The notes under the pieces were generated by a model. It saw only the letters and a program-made list of their open reading frames with translations. It ran no database searches and was not told the DNA's origin. The translations under genes were made by a program, and so were the position numbers. DNA of 45,149 nt, from positions 1-45,149 of the IMG/VR virus record IMGVR_UViG_3300035492_000074. One strand, written 5' to 3'. This document shows, piece after piece, positions 19,598 through 31,300 of this stretch (the first letter of the stretch is position 1; every line of letters starts with the position of its first letter). Origin of the DNA: a virus.

Positions 19598-22336
19598 TTA
19601 CTCGACCGGCGCCTCAAGAGACGCAACGCGCGCACGAAGCTCCTGTACCTCCTTGATCAGCAGAGGGACAAACTTGCTGTAATCGACCATGAACTGATCT
19701 GTCTCGGTGACAGCTCGCGGGTAGACCTCAGCAACCTGCTGCGCGACCACGCCCCAGTCTTCGTGGCTACCGTCGGCAAGCCAGTCGTATTGCACGACCT
19801 GAATTGCATCAATCACGACGGAGGCGCTGTCAGCTTCCTCGATGTTCTCTTTCAGGCGGCGATCAGATGAAGTGGCGTAAGTGGTGGCGGTAGCAGAAGT
19901 AGAGATGCCGCCGACCTTTCCGTTCGGGTTGTAAAACTCCAGATGATCGCGCGCCGCCGTGCTATTACGGCTCGACTTCAAGCTGGTAGTGGTTACGTCC
20001 ACCTCCTTACCGCTCGTTGTACCGCTCACGTCAAAGGCGCCCACGCCAAGTGTGAGTCCGGTACTAGACCACTTTAGCGCGCGGTTACCGGCGATGGTCA
20101 CCGAAAAATCATCGTTAGCTAGCGCAATGCTACTACCACCATTTGCAGAGACCAGCTTGATGTAAGGGGACGTGGTTCCACCTTCGCCACGAACGGACCC
20201 GAGCAGTGCTGATCCGCCCAGGAATGTTTGCGCCACATACTCGCCAGACGTGTTTGAGCGAACACGATCACCCCGAATAATGGAAGGCGTGGCTGTGCGA
20301 GTGTCTCCGGGGAATCCAGGGTTATACTTCCAGCCTCCATCCAGCCAAGTGTTGTTGCCCGCTGCACCAGCGTAGTCATCGTCTTTGTTGTGCCGGAAGC
20401 TGCGGATAGTGTTGCGATTACAAGCAGCACCAAGCACCACTTCACGAGCGGTGTTTTGTTGCTCACAGTAGATAGTCAAGTCACTGCTTCGCAACTTTTT
20501 GATATCCATGCCGGGGGATACACCATCTAGCGCAGCGTTTTCCGAGTACCAAAACCCTTTCCAGTCGCGACCCATAAAGTCAGCAGAGGTTGCGATGCCT
20601 GAACCCCAGGTGAACTGCATAAACAGGTTGATTTCGCAGACGCTGAAGTCATCCTGCGTACCCTCGAAATAAACCCCGCGACCGCCCCACCAACCCCAAA
20701 GGGCGTCGATGTTGGTCTTGTTCATGTTGCCGGCGCAGGTGAAGCGATACAGGTCACCCTGGTGATACTGGCAGATGATCTTTCCACGGATGCGAATGCG
20801 CGCGCTGTTGAACCATACGCCGTGAGCGTTCGGGTTTGCCGGGGGCACAGCACCAGGCAGGGTCGGATCATAGAAGCCGGCACCAGTGCCGCGCAGATAA
20901 AGCGTCCCCTCAAGATCGAAATAGTCTGCGCCCCCTTGGATTTCAATACCTACGCCATCGAAGTCTTTCTGAATCTCACAACCGTCGCTGTAGACATTCA
21001 GCCCGTCGAGTCGGATGGTTCTGCTGATTTTGTAAACCGTATTTGGCAGGTATAGCACTTTGTCTGTACCGGCCAGCGCTGCCAGAGCGGCATCGCAAGC
21101 GTCGGCGATGTCGCCGCCAGGCACAGCGCCGAAGGATTCGATGCTAACCTTTTCGCCGTAGAAGCCGCGCAATGTCGAGCCGTTCAGCCCAATCATGCCG
21201 CTCGCGTCTAGCGACAGCTCCTGCCGCAGCTTGTCGTCGCTTGGGACCAAGGACGAAACCACCACCTCTATGTTGTCCGTGCCTGCCGGGGGCGCCTCGT
21301 CGAAGATCAGCACGTCGCCGTTAGCGCCACCTAGATCGTAGGTGTTCTTCTGCTGGTATACGCCCGAGATGAATACGTTGGTGATGCCCTCAGACTCCGG
21401 CGCGTAGTCGAGCAGGAACTCGGTCTCCACGCCATCGCCCGAAAGGTTCTGCACTGTCACAGCGCCAGTCACGGACTCGCGCCAAGCGCTGCCGTTGTAG
21501 GCGCGCATTGCGTTGGTGACGGTGCTGAAGTACAGGTCGCCTACCTGCAGCGGGGAGCCGTCGCGCCGGGTGGTTGGGTCGGTCGCGCTGGGGCCGTAGT
21601 AAACCCCGGAGAAGTTCGACAGATCGGTGATGTTGTCCGCAACGGTGTTCACGTCCGCGATGTTGCCCGCGACGGTGTTCACGTCGGTAATGCTGCCGGC
21701 CACCGTGTTCACGTCGGCGATGTTGTCCGACACGGTGTTCACGTCGGCGATGTTGTCCGCCACCGTGTTTACGTCCACGATGTTGTCGGACACCGTGTTG
21801 ATAGCCACCAGCGCGCCAACCACGCCGTTGACGGAGGCGATGTCCGGCCCCGCAACCGGCTCGCCGGTGGCTTCGTCGAAGGCCAGCACCGTTCCGGCAC
21901 GCGCAGATCGCCCAGGCAGATCGCCCACTGGCCCATCGCTCAGGGGGAACTTGAGGGTGCGGCTGACCACCGATGCAAGCTGCTGCAGCAGGATCGTCAG
22001 TCGGTCGAGCGCGGAGTTGATGACGCGGGGGTAGAAGCCGCCCTGGTTGGTCAGGTCAACCGGTTGCAGCATCTCCAGCGCGGAGGTGAGGGTGAGCCGA
22101 GTGCCGGTTGCGAGCGGGTTGGCCAGCACGACGCTGCCGCCAGGGGCTGCGTTCTGGTCGGCGTTCAGGGTGACCGTGTAGTCGGTCCCCAGCTCGAGGT
22201 CGGTCTCAACGGCGCCTGTTTCGGCGACCACCCGCACCTCGTCCGCGTCGAAGACTTTGAAGGTGAAGGGGAAGAATACGGTGGAGTCGTTGCCATCAAA
22301 AGGCCCCGCGACTCGTGTTTCGGAATTGATGGTCAT
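19598..22336 (-). CDS. Tail fibre/tailspike with a beta-helix-like centre and a C-terminal intramolecular chaperone (peptidase S74-like)
   Basis: 912 aa. The conserved N-terminal adaptor reads MTINSETRVAGPFDGNDSTVFFPFTFKVF.... Six decapeptide repeats DNIxDVNTVx follow. The central region (FGAVPGGDIADACDAALAAL...) resembles pectate-lyase-type spikes. The C-terminus SSDRRLKENIEE...VVQYDW...DYSKFVPLLIKEVQEL is the self-cleaving chaperone signature. Confidence 0.85.
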   Translation of the reverse strand: MTINSETRVAGPFDGNDSTVFFPFTFKVFDADEVRVVAETGAVETDLELGTDYTVTLNADQNAAPGGSVVLANPLATGTRLTLTSALEMLQPVDLTNQGGFYPRVINSALDRLTILLQQLASVVSRTLKFPLSDGPVGDLPGRSARAGTVLAFDEATGEPVAGPDIASVNGVVGALVAINTVSDNIVDVNTVADNIADVNTVSDNIADVNTVAGSITDVNTVAGNIADVNTVADNITDLSNFSGVYYGPSATDPTTRRDGSPLQVGDLYFSTVTNAMRAYNGSAWRESVTGAVTVQNLSGDGVETEFLLDYAPESEGITNVFISGVYQQKNTYDLGGANGDVLIFDEAPPAGTDNIEVVVSSLVPSDDKLRQELSLDASGMIGLNGSTLRGFYGEKVSIESFGAVPGGDIADACDAALAALAGTDKVLYLPNTVYKISRTIRLDGLNVYSDGCEIQKDFDGVGIEIQGGADYFDLEGTLYLRGTGAGFYDPTLPGAVPPANPNAHGVWFNSARIRIRGKIICQYHQGDLYRFTCAGNMNKTNIDALWGWWGGRGVYFEGTQDDFSVCEINLFMQFTWGSGIATSADFMGRDWKGFWYSENAALDGVSPGMDIKKLRSSDLTIYCEQQNTAREVVLGAACNRNTIRSFRHNKDDDYAGAAGNNTWLDGGWKYNPGFPGDTRTATPSIIRGDRVRSNTSGEYVAQTFLGGSALLGSVRGEGGTTSPYIKLVSANGGSSIALANDDFSVTIAGNRALKWSSTGLTLGVGAFDVSGTTSGKEVDVTTTSLKSSRNSTAARDHLEFYNPNGKVGGISTSATATTYATSSDRRLKENIEEADSASVVIDAIQVVQYDWLADGSHEDWGVVAQQVAEVYPRAVTETDQFMVDYSKFVPLLIKEVQELRARVASLEAPVE
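21629..21808 (-). repeat. Six tandem 30-bp coding repeats in the tail fibre gene
   Basis: Units start at 21629, 21659, 21689, 21719, 21749 and 21779 (GATGTTGTCCGCnACGGTGTTCACGTCnnC on the + strand). They are imperfect and encode (V/A/S)(D/G)(N/S)I(V/A/T)DVNTV. Confidence 0.9.
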
Positions 22337-22396
22337 GTCGACACCTTGGGGTGGATACTGCCCGCAGAGTAGCGGCCAGCCCCACCCCTAAGCGCA

Positions 22397-25300
22397 CTAG
22401 CGGCCGGTTGCTATCCCGATGCCCATCTCGGCTGCAGACTGTGGGTCTTTGCGACCTGACTCGACGTCGAACAGGTAACCACCAGCCCGCGCCACCGGCG
22501 CTACCGGCAGTCCCGTGCCCAAGCCCAGCAGGGTGAGCAGGCTGCGGAACTCGGTCTTCGTGAACTCCTCGTCGAACACCTCGCCGGTGAGGATCGCTGC
22601 CAGCCCCTTGCCCGCGGATTCTCCCGCGGACAGCGCGGGGCCGACGTTGAGGCGGTCGTTCCACACTCGGCTATCGGACTGGTTGGCGACCAGCACCGCG
22701 CCGTGCCCCGCGATTGGGATCATCGTGGCCAGCGACTTGGCCTGGCTGCCGAAGAACATGGCCAGCCACTCATCCAGCAGTCCGTCGCCGTCCTCGTCAT
22801 CCTCGTCGTCCGGGGTGCCCTGGGAGATCAGCTCGGCGACGAACGCCGGGATCGCGAGGCCGGCGAACCAGATGAACATCAGCCGCGGGCTCGCCCGTAC
22901 GAAACCGGCCTCGCGCACCGCCTTGTTCGCCTCGTTGCCGATCAGGTTGCCCCACATGTTGAAGTAGCCGTAGAACTGGGTGAACAGCCGCACGAAGGGC
23001 GATTGCACCTCGAACGCCGAGATGTCCTCCGGCGCGAAGCTGCCCTGCGTCGTGCGCACCGTCTCGTCCGCGTAGCGGCGCGCCTCCTTCTCGGTGGCCC
23101 CCTGTGCGATGGCGTGGTCGTAGCCCCCGGTCCAGATGATCGGGTCCATCACGTTCTGCATGGCCTGCTGCAGGAAGTAGGCATGGCGGCGCACGAAGTC
23201 GGTGAACTGCTCGTACGGGTTGGGGTTGGTCAGGATCTGGTCGATCTGGTCCTGCATCGCGTAGGACTGGTTCGCCATCCGCTCAGCCAGCCAGGGCGAG
23301 CGCTCGCCCACCTGCTGGCGCATCTTGAGCGGATGGGCCAGGTAGCTGGCGGTGGCGCGCAGCAGCTTCGGCGCCGGCACCTTGAGTGCGGCCAAGCTAA
23401 ACCCGGTGAGCTGCTGCAGGGTGTTCACGATGTTGCCGAACATGAACAGCAACCCGGTGCGGCTGCGCAGCCCGTTGAAGAACCGGTTCATCTTCGGGTT
23501 CTTACCAGGCATCGATGCGCTCTGCCGCGCGGTGCGCTGCAACCATGGGGTCAACATGTCGCTGATCGCGCCAGGGCTCGCGCCGTTGAGCGCGCGGGCG
23601 ACCCGCTTGTTGCCCATCAGCTGAGCCACGTCCCTGATCGCGGGCTCGAGGTAGGCGAAGCGCGACACCTTGTCGAGATGCTGGCCGATGGCCCGCAGGT
23701 CCAGCTCAAGCGGCTTGTTGTAGAAGACGCGCGACTGGGTGAACCCTTTGCCGGTGGTCGGGAACATGAACGAGTTGCCAGCGTGCAGCAGCTCCTCCTG
23801 CTCGCGCTTCTGCGCCATATCCGGCGAGGACAGGCTATCGGCCAGCGCCGGGACGTAGCCGCCACGGTAGGTGCCGAACGGGGTGTTGATCGGGTCCGCG
23901 GTCACTTCGTTGAAGTAGTAGCCGTACATCTCCTTGTGCGCGGCCTGGGCGTCTTTCTTCACCGTCTCCAGCAGATCCCACACGCCCTGCGCGAAGTCGA
24001 AGTCGGCCTTGGTCAGCACGCCCTCGTTGATCATCCGGGTGATGAACTGGTCCCACTTGCTGGTGTCCAGTTGCCCGTTGGCGTCGAGCGTGCCCCAGCC
24101 TCGGCCGAGCAGCAGCTTGGTAAGGTTCGACTGGTTGCCGCTGTGCAGGACCGCGTGTAGCAGCTCGGACTTGCCCGCGTTGAACACGAAGCCGGTGGGG
24201 CCCAGCTCGGGCGCGTCGATCTTGTTGTAGGTGATGCCCTTCTCGATGGACTTGAGCAGGTCGCGGTACTGTGCCACCAGGGCGTTGCGCTTGTCGCGCA
24301 TGATGGTGGTCGCCTCGGACACCGGCTGCCAGATGTAGCGTTTGAACGCCGGGCCCCAGTTGTCGGCCCAGGTCTCCACGCGAGTCAGACTGGCCTTCGC
24401 ACTCAGCAGCGAGGCCTTCCACTTGTCCAGGCCGGTCGGCGTCCCGGTGTAGCCTGGCAGCGGCGGAATGGTGCCGCCCGAGCGCTCGGTCACAATGGCC
24501 ACCAGCTCGTCGGCGATTGCGTCGATGTCGACCTTTTGCCCGTCGATCTCCATCTGGCGGGTGCGGCGCGACAGGTAGTAGAGGCCGTTGACCACGTCGC
24601 GCATTCCGCGGAACTGCTCGACCGTCAGGTCGCGGAAGTCCACCGACGGCGGCAGGCCCTGCAGGATCGACTTGATGTCGGCGGCCATCGCGCCGTCGTA
24701 GTTCTCCAGCAACTGCTGGTAGGCCTGCGCGTTGGCGGCGCTGGTGTTCGGCGCCAGGCCGTAGCGGGCGAGCACGGCGCGAGCGGCGGTGACCATCGCG
24801 ACGTCGCGCGACTTGGCCAGCTTCTCGTTGGTGCCCTTGAAGATCTTCTTGAACCCGGCCAGGGCCTTGTCGTGCTCCTGTTGCGCGCGGCGCTGCGCCC
24901 GCTCCAGTTGCACCTGCAGGATCTCGGTGCGCTTGGCTTGAGCGGCTGCCGCGGTATCGCCGGAGGCCATCGCCTTCTCCGCGGCCTTGCGGGCGCGGGC
25001 GGCGCTGGCAGCGGCCAGATCCGGGCGTAGGTTGCGCACGGGCTTCGCGGCCACGATCTGCTCAGCGGCCTGGCGCGCGGCACGGGTCAGGGCCGCCGGC
25101 GAGCCGGTTGCCTTGGTCACGGCCTTGAGTTCGGTTGCGACGAGCCGCGAGCGGGCATCGTTGGCCAGCGCCTCGTTGGCGGCCTCGGCCATCGCCTCCG
25201 GCGAGGAGATGTCGCCGTGGCGCTCCAGCATGCGCTGGTCGGTCATGCCTTCGATCACGCTGGCCTTCGGCTCAGCGTTCAGCAGCTCGGTGACCAGCTG

Positions 25301-28300
25301 GCGCCCGGAGCGGAAGCCGAACATCTCGGCCACGGTGTCCGGGTGCAGGCCCGCGTCGGACAGCATGCCATACTTGCCGTAGCCCAGCTTGCGCCACTCG
25401 ACACCGGTGCCCAGCTCGCCCTCCGGGTACATGCGCTCCAGCTCGGTGATGTTCAGTTTCGCGGCCTTGGTGACCTCGATCTGGATCTGCGAACCGTCCT
25501 CGTCGGTGAGGCTGCCGAACTTCAGGAACTCCATCGCCTTGTAGATCGGCTGCTCGTTCACCTCCGCAGTGACCTCGTCGCGCACGGCCTTGCGCAGCGC
25601 CTGGGCAGCCTTCTGCAGCTCCTTGAGCTTGCGGCCTCGGGCGTTGTCCAGCCACTTCAGATCGCGCAGCGTGCGGGCCTGCAGCTCCTCGATGGCCTCG
25701 GCCTGTTGCTCCTGCAGCGTGGCCTGGTACTCGGCCCACGCCTCTGGCTCCATCCCGGCGTCTTCAGCGCTGCGGAACAGCGGCTCGAACTGACGCACGG
25801 CTTGCGCCGCGGCGATGGCCTCGTCGGTGGCGATCATCCGGTCGAAGACCGCGGCCACCTCCGGGTTCAGACTCGCGCGCTCGTTGGTGGCGAGCATCTG
25901 CTGCAGGCTGCGGTAGACGCTGATCAGCCAGGAGCGGAAGCGGCGGAACACGCTCTGCAGCTCTGCGCTCGGGGCCTTGCCCTCGAACAGGTACTGCTCG
26001 AACGTCTCGGCAATCGTCTCGTGCGCTTCTCGGCGCGCGTTGAGCGGCTGAGCCAGCCACTCAGCCGCGGTGCCGGTGTATCCAACGTGGTCGAGCAGCG
26101 TCTGCATGTCGGCGACGACCTCTGCCGGCGCGTTGGGCTGCGCGGCTAGCGTGGCCTGCATCTCGAAGAAGAAGTGCCCGGTCTCGTGCAGGAAGCTGGA
26201 GAGATCCGCCTTCTCTAGCAGCGCGATGTTCAGCGTGCTGGGGTTGAATGTGGCGCGTGCCTGGCCGGGTTGGTTGAGGATGTTCGGGTCAGCTGGATCG
26301 AACCCGCCGGTGTTGCCGATGGCGGACTTGATCTGGGTCGGGTCGAAGACAACGATCTCGCGTCCGCGGATGGCATTCTTAGCGTCGGAGTGCTTGACGC
26401 CACCCTTACGGCTGATCGCGTCGTTGCGGATTAGGGCGTCGTAACCCTGCTTTTCCACTTCCGAGACGTAACCCTCCGGCAACGGGGCTCCGAGCGGGAT
26501 ATTGGTCCTGATCGGCTCGTCGCGCTCGAGCGGGTTCTCCGCCCGAACATAGAGCGGCATCACGTTCTTCTGGAACGGTTGGTTGGGCTTGCCGTCGACC
26601 CAGCCGAACTCGTCGTACCGGTCAAGATACCGGCTTGCCATCTCGGGGTTGTCGGTTACCGAGATGCCGCTAACGCCTGTGTAGCCCATGAACTGGCCGT
26701 GCTTGTCGAACACCTGCTTATCGTCCAGGGTGGAGTGATAGACAACCAAGGGGCGCCCCTGGTCATCCACGATCTTGCTGTCGCCGAACCAGCGCCAGAA
26801 GGCCTGAATGCCCTCTTCGGTCTGGCTCAGCGGCGCGCCGTTGCTGTTTGTTGTTGGCCGAGCAATGCCCTCCACGAGGATTGTGTCGGTCTGCGCCGAC
26901 TGGTTGAACACGTCGCCCTGCTCTGCCTCGTCGGCGACACGCCCCTCGGTCCAGGTCCACTCCGGCATCAGGCCGGTCTTCTGGTCGGCGAACACGGTGT
27001 CCTCCACCTTGGCGGTGCGGTTCTGCTCGCCGTAGGGGCCGTAGTTCAGCCAGCTGTTCTGGCCGCGGGTCTCCGTGGTGATCGCAGCGACCGCCGAACC
27101 GGTGAAGAGCCGGACGTGCGCCTGCCAGGCGTTCTCCTCGCCGCGTGCCCGAAAGCCTGCGCCCTCGAGGCCGTGGCCGAAGGCGTCGTGAACCGCGCGG
27201 AACAGGTCGTTGGCCAGCACACGCTTCGGCGGGCCATCCGGCGAGCCATAGGGCCAGGTCAGACCGGTGTCGGCCAGCAGGGGGTTGTCGTCGACGTTCA
27301 GCTCGGTGGCACCGCTGCCGAAGCCAGCCTCGGTGGCGAAGACGCCCATCCGCTGGTTGGCCCGCAGATCGCGCATGGCGTTCCAGGGGTTCCCGGCGTA
27401 TGGGTCGTTGGTCTCGTCCACAAGGTAGAACTGGTAGCCGGCGGTCTCGAGCGCTTTGTACTGCGCCATGGTCTGGCGGATCAGATTCTCGAACGCCTCC
27501 TTGACCACCGGGTCTTGAGGGGCGTGCGGCATCGCCTCGTAGGCGGCCGCGATGCGGGCGGCGCGCTCGGGGTCTACTTCGACGTATTGCGCCTGCCGGC
27601 GGAGCGGGATTCCGTTTTCGCGGGCGTACTGCTCTGCGACTGCGACGAGGCGGGGGTCCGGGCCGGTTGCGCCTTCAACAGTTGGCGCACCCTCAAGCGG
27701 CGCAAGGCTTCCGCTCGAATACCGTCCTGCTCGGTCTCCACCTGCTCTGGCACCTTGGGCATCGGTCAGCGCTCCTTGGTTGAAGATGGCGCGCTCGGCG
27801 GCTGCGGGGTCGACGCCTTCAGGCTCTGCTCGGGCTGCGAGGGCTTCGCGGACGAGCTGGGTCGCTTCGCGCCGCAGACTATCAGGCCGCCTTTGAGCGG
27901 ATGATTTGCCGGGAGCGGTTGCCCCGTCCTGTTGATCACTGGCATAGCCGTACTCACTCTTCTGCGGGAAAGCGGAATAGACCTGATCGACGTGAATCTG
28001 GAATTCGTCGCCCAGGTGTTCGTTGATCCTACCCGCCAGATCCTCGTTGGACAGAGCGGAATAGTTCAGGATAGTCATCTGGCCGTTGGCCGTTGTGTGC
28101 CCGCCGACCAGCGGCTCGCCGTTCTCCTGCAGCTCGAACAGGCGGTCGTAGAGCGCGGTGACCTCGTTGGCGCCATAACCCTCCGGCAGGGAGATCGTGA
28201 CCGCCCCTACCGGTTCGGTGCCGATGGCCTGGGTCTCGGTGACCACCATCATGCTGTCCTGCGCCAGCGCGTGGCCCAGCAGCTTGGCGGCCTGCACGGC

Positions 28301-31300
28301 CAGCTCCGGACGGTCCAGTCGCAGGGTCATCGACGGGTTGGTCGCGCCCAGGTAGCCGCCCAGCTGCATAACGAAGTCGCCGGTGGTGGAGAGTTCGGCC
28401 AGCACCTTCGGGACCACCTGGGCGGCCACCTGCTGGCTGATCTCCAGCCGCTCGGCGTCCGACAAAGCATTCCACTGCTCGGTGAGCGCAGCGTCGTTCG
28501 GGTCTGGGGCGACCTCGAACATCACGCGCGCCTCGGCCGCCTCACCGGCGCCAGCGTCGCCGCGCTCGTCGATGGCGCGCTGGGCGTCGCCCTCGTAGGT
28601 GCGGCCGGGCGTGTCGTTGAACTCGGCCTCGGTCCAAGTCGGCGGGGTGATGTGGCCGGCCAGCTTCACGATCTCGGCCTGGGCCTGCGCCTGGTCGATC
28701 TCGCCCGCCTTGTAGCGCTCCCAGATCGCATTGGCCGGAGCCTTCATCGCGTTCTTGCGCGGCCCCTCGAACAAGCCACGCACCGCTTCCCAGGTGATCG
28801 ACTGCATCTCGCGCGGCAGCAGACCGCGGGCCTCGGCCGCGCGCCGGTAGGCTTCCAGATAGATCGGGTAGGTGCCGGACAGGCCGGTGATGCTGGAGCT
28901 GGCCGAGCCCGCGCCGCCGAAGTTCTGGACGACCTCCAGATCCCCACCGGCGAGGGGGCGGAGCAGGGCGGCAGCCACGGCGTGGGTGTCGATGGTGGCG
29001 AAGCCCATCTCCGACTTCGGGTCGAAGATGTTGTTGTAGAAGTTGCGCACCTTGTGCTCGCGGCCGAGCTGGTGGAAGACGTTCTCGGCGCGCCCGTCCA
29101 GATAGATGGAGATGGCGGCGGCGATGTTGTCGTAGGTCTTCCAAGCCATCGTGGCCGGGTTGCCGCTCGCGGTGGTGCGCAGGCCTGCAGCGCCGCCCTC
29201 CGGGGTTAGCACGTTGAACGCGCGGCTGTTGTGGGTCTGGTCGAAGACGCGAACCCAGCGGGCGGCCAGGTCCGGCCGGTCGAGCAGTTCGGAGAGCTTC
29301 TTGCCTCGCGCCAGCTCCATCTTCGGGTCGGTCTTGTCGCCCAGAATCCGGTCGGCCTCGACGCTCATCGCGTCGTCCCACTGGAAGTCGCGCATGCCGA
29401 ACAGGATGTCGGCGGTGCGCTCGGCGGCGCTGACGTTCTGGAACCAGTCGTTCTGCGGGCTGAGCACGGCAATAGCCGCAGCGGCCTGCATCTCGGAGAT
29501 GCCGTACCGGTTGGCCCAGGCCTCAGCCATCTTGCGCCCGCCGTCGTACCAGAGCTTCGCGCGGTCGCGCTGCTCGGCTGGCATCAGATCGTGAAGGAAC
29601 AGCAGGTTATCGACGACGTGCTCCACGAACTGCTCGACGACCTTGGCCGGCTTGCGCGCCTTGGTCGGGCGCATGTTCGGCATGGCGCGCAGGGTTGCCG
29701 CGTTCTTGGCGAGCGTCTTCTCGTCAGCCAGCACCGAGGCGAAGTCGATAGCGAGCACGTTGGCCAGTGCATCCTCGGTGGCGCGCACGGCGCTGGGCAC
29801 ACGGGTGGACAGGGACTGGTTGAAGACCTCGCTGTTGCGGGCGTCGGCGATGATGTCGGCGCGGTAGCGCGGCTCGTTGCCCTCGAACATGCCAGTCGGG
29901 GCGAGCGTAGCGTACAGCTCCGGCTCGAGGCGTTCAGTCAGCTCGCCCAGGCGACTCGGCGCAATCTGACCGGCTGGCAGTCGGTTGCTCGCGTCGAGCG
30001 CATCGAGCGCAGCCTGCAGCGGGCTTCGCGCCTGCGCGGCGGCTTCGGCGGGGGCGGCACGTTCGGTGGTCGGCACGTTGTAGGCCGCCTCGCCCAGCAG
30101 CGCCACGACGCCGGAGGTTTTGCCGCCGCCCACGGCCATGACGCCTGGGACGTAGTAGCCGTCGAAGCCGGCGTCGAGCACAGCCTGCTCGCGCGCGTTG
30201 GCGTCCGCACCGGTCCAGATGCCGAGCGGGTCTTTGCCGGTGTCGTAGATGTTCGACATCGTGACGCCGTGCTCGACGCTGCCTACGCCCTGCTCCGGGC
30301 GCACGCCGGCGCCCTCGTCGACGTAGGCCAGCACGCGAGAGCGCAGCGGACTGTCCTCGGGCAAGCCAGCCAAACGTGCGCGCTCGGCGCCCTTCAACCC
30401 GGTGCCGAAGAAACGGCCATCGAGGACCGGCCGGCGGGTGGTGGAGAAGTGAACGCCCTGCACCGTGAGCGCGCCAGGTTTGGCCTCTGGTGTAACGCTG
30501 GAGGCGTACTGGTCCAACACCTGGGCTTGCTGCTGCCCTGGTGCGCGGGAGGTCACGGTCAGCGGAAACCGCGCGTACATCTCCTGCGGGGTGATGCCCA
30601 GCTTGCTGGCCTGCACCGCGTAGAAGTTGCGCACCAGCGTGGCGTAAGCCCGGTTCACGTCGGGGGTGAAGCGGCCCGCTTTGCTCAGCTCACCCATCAG
30701 GGTGTCGAATACGGCGTTGCTGCTGTCCTCCCAGGCCTGCGCCTCGGTCTGCTCGGCGAGCACCTTCTGCGCATCCTGCTCCAGCTGGGCCAGCAGCTGC
30801 GCACCCTCTTCCGCCTCGGCGGCGGTCCAGGCGTCTTCGGAGACGCGCGCGTTGCGCACGATCTCCTGCTCGAGCCCCGAGCCGGCGAAGGCTGCAGTGG
30901 CCTCGCCAATTGGAATGGCGACGGCGCCATCGGTGGCCAGCGCCTCTTCCAGCTGCTCCTGCACGCTCGGCAGGGACTGGGCGAGCTGCTCCGGCGTCAT
31001 GCCAGCGGATTCCAGCAGCGGGGCGAGCACGCGGGCGTCGATGAAGATCTCGGTGGGCGAGCTGCCGGAGTCTTCGGCGGCGCCCTGCACCAGCTGCGCA
31101 AAGGTCTGCGGGTCGCGCTGGCGGGTCATGCTGGCCGCGGCGGCGGTCATCAGGTCGGCCAGTTGCTGCGCGTTCTGGTTGGCGGTGTCGGCGGCGTACT
31201 GGTTGCGGTCCAGCGTACCGGCCAGGCGGCCGACGCCCTCGCCGATGGTGGCGAGCGTACCCGACTGCACCAGCGTCGCGAACGCTGTCTGGATAGCCGC

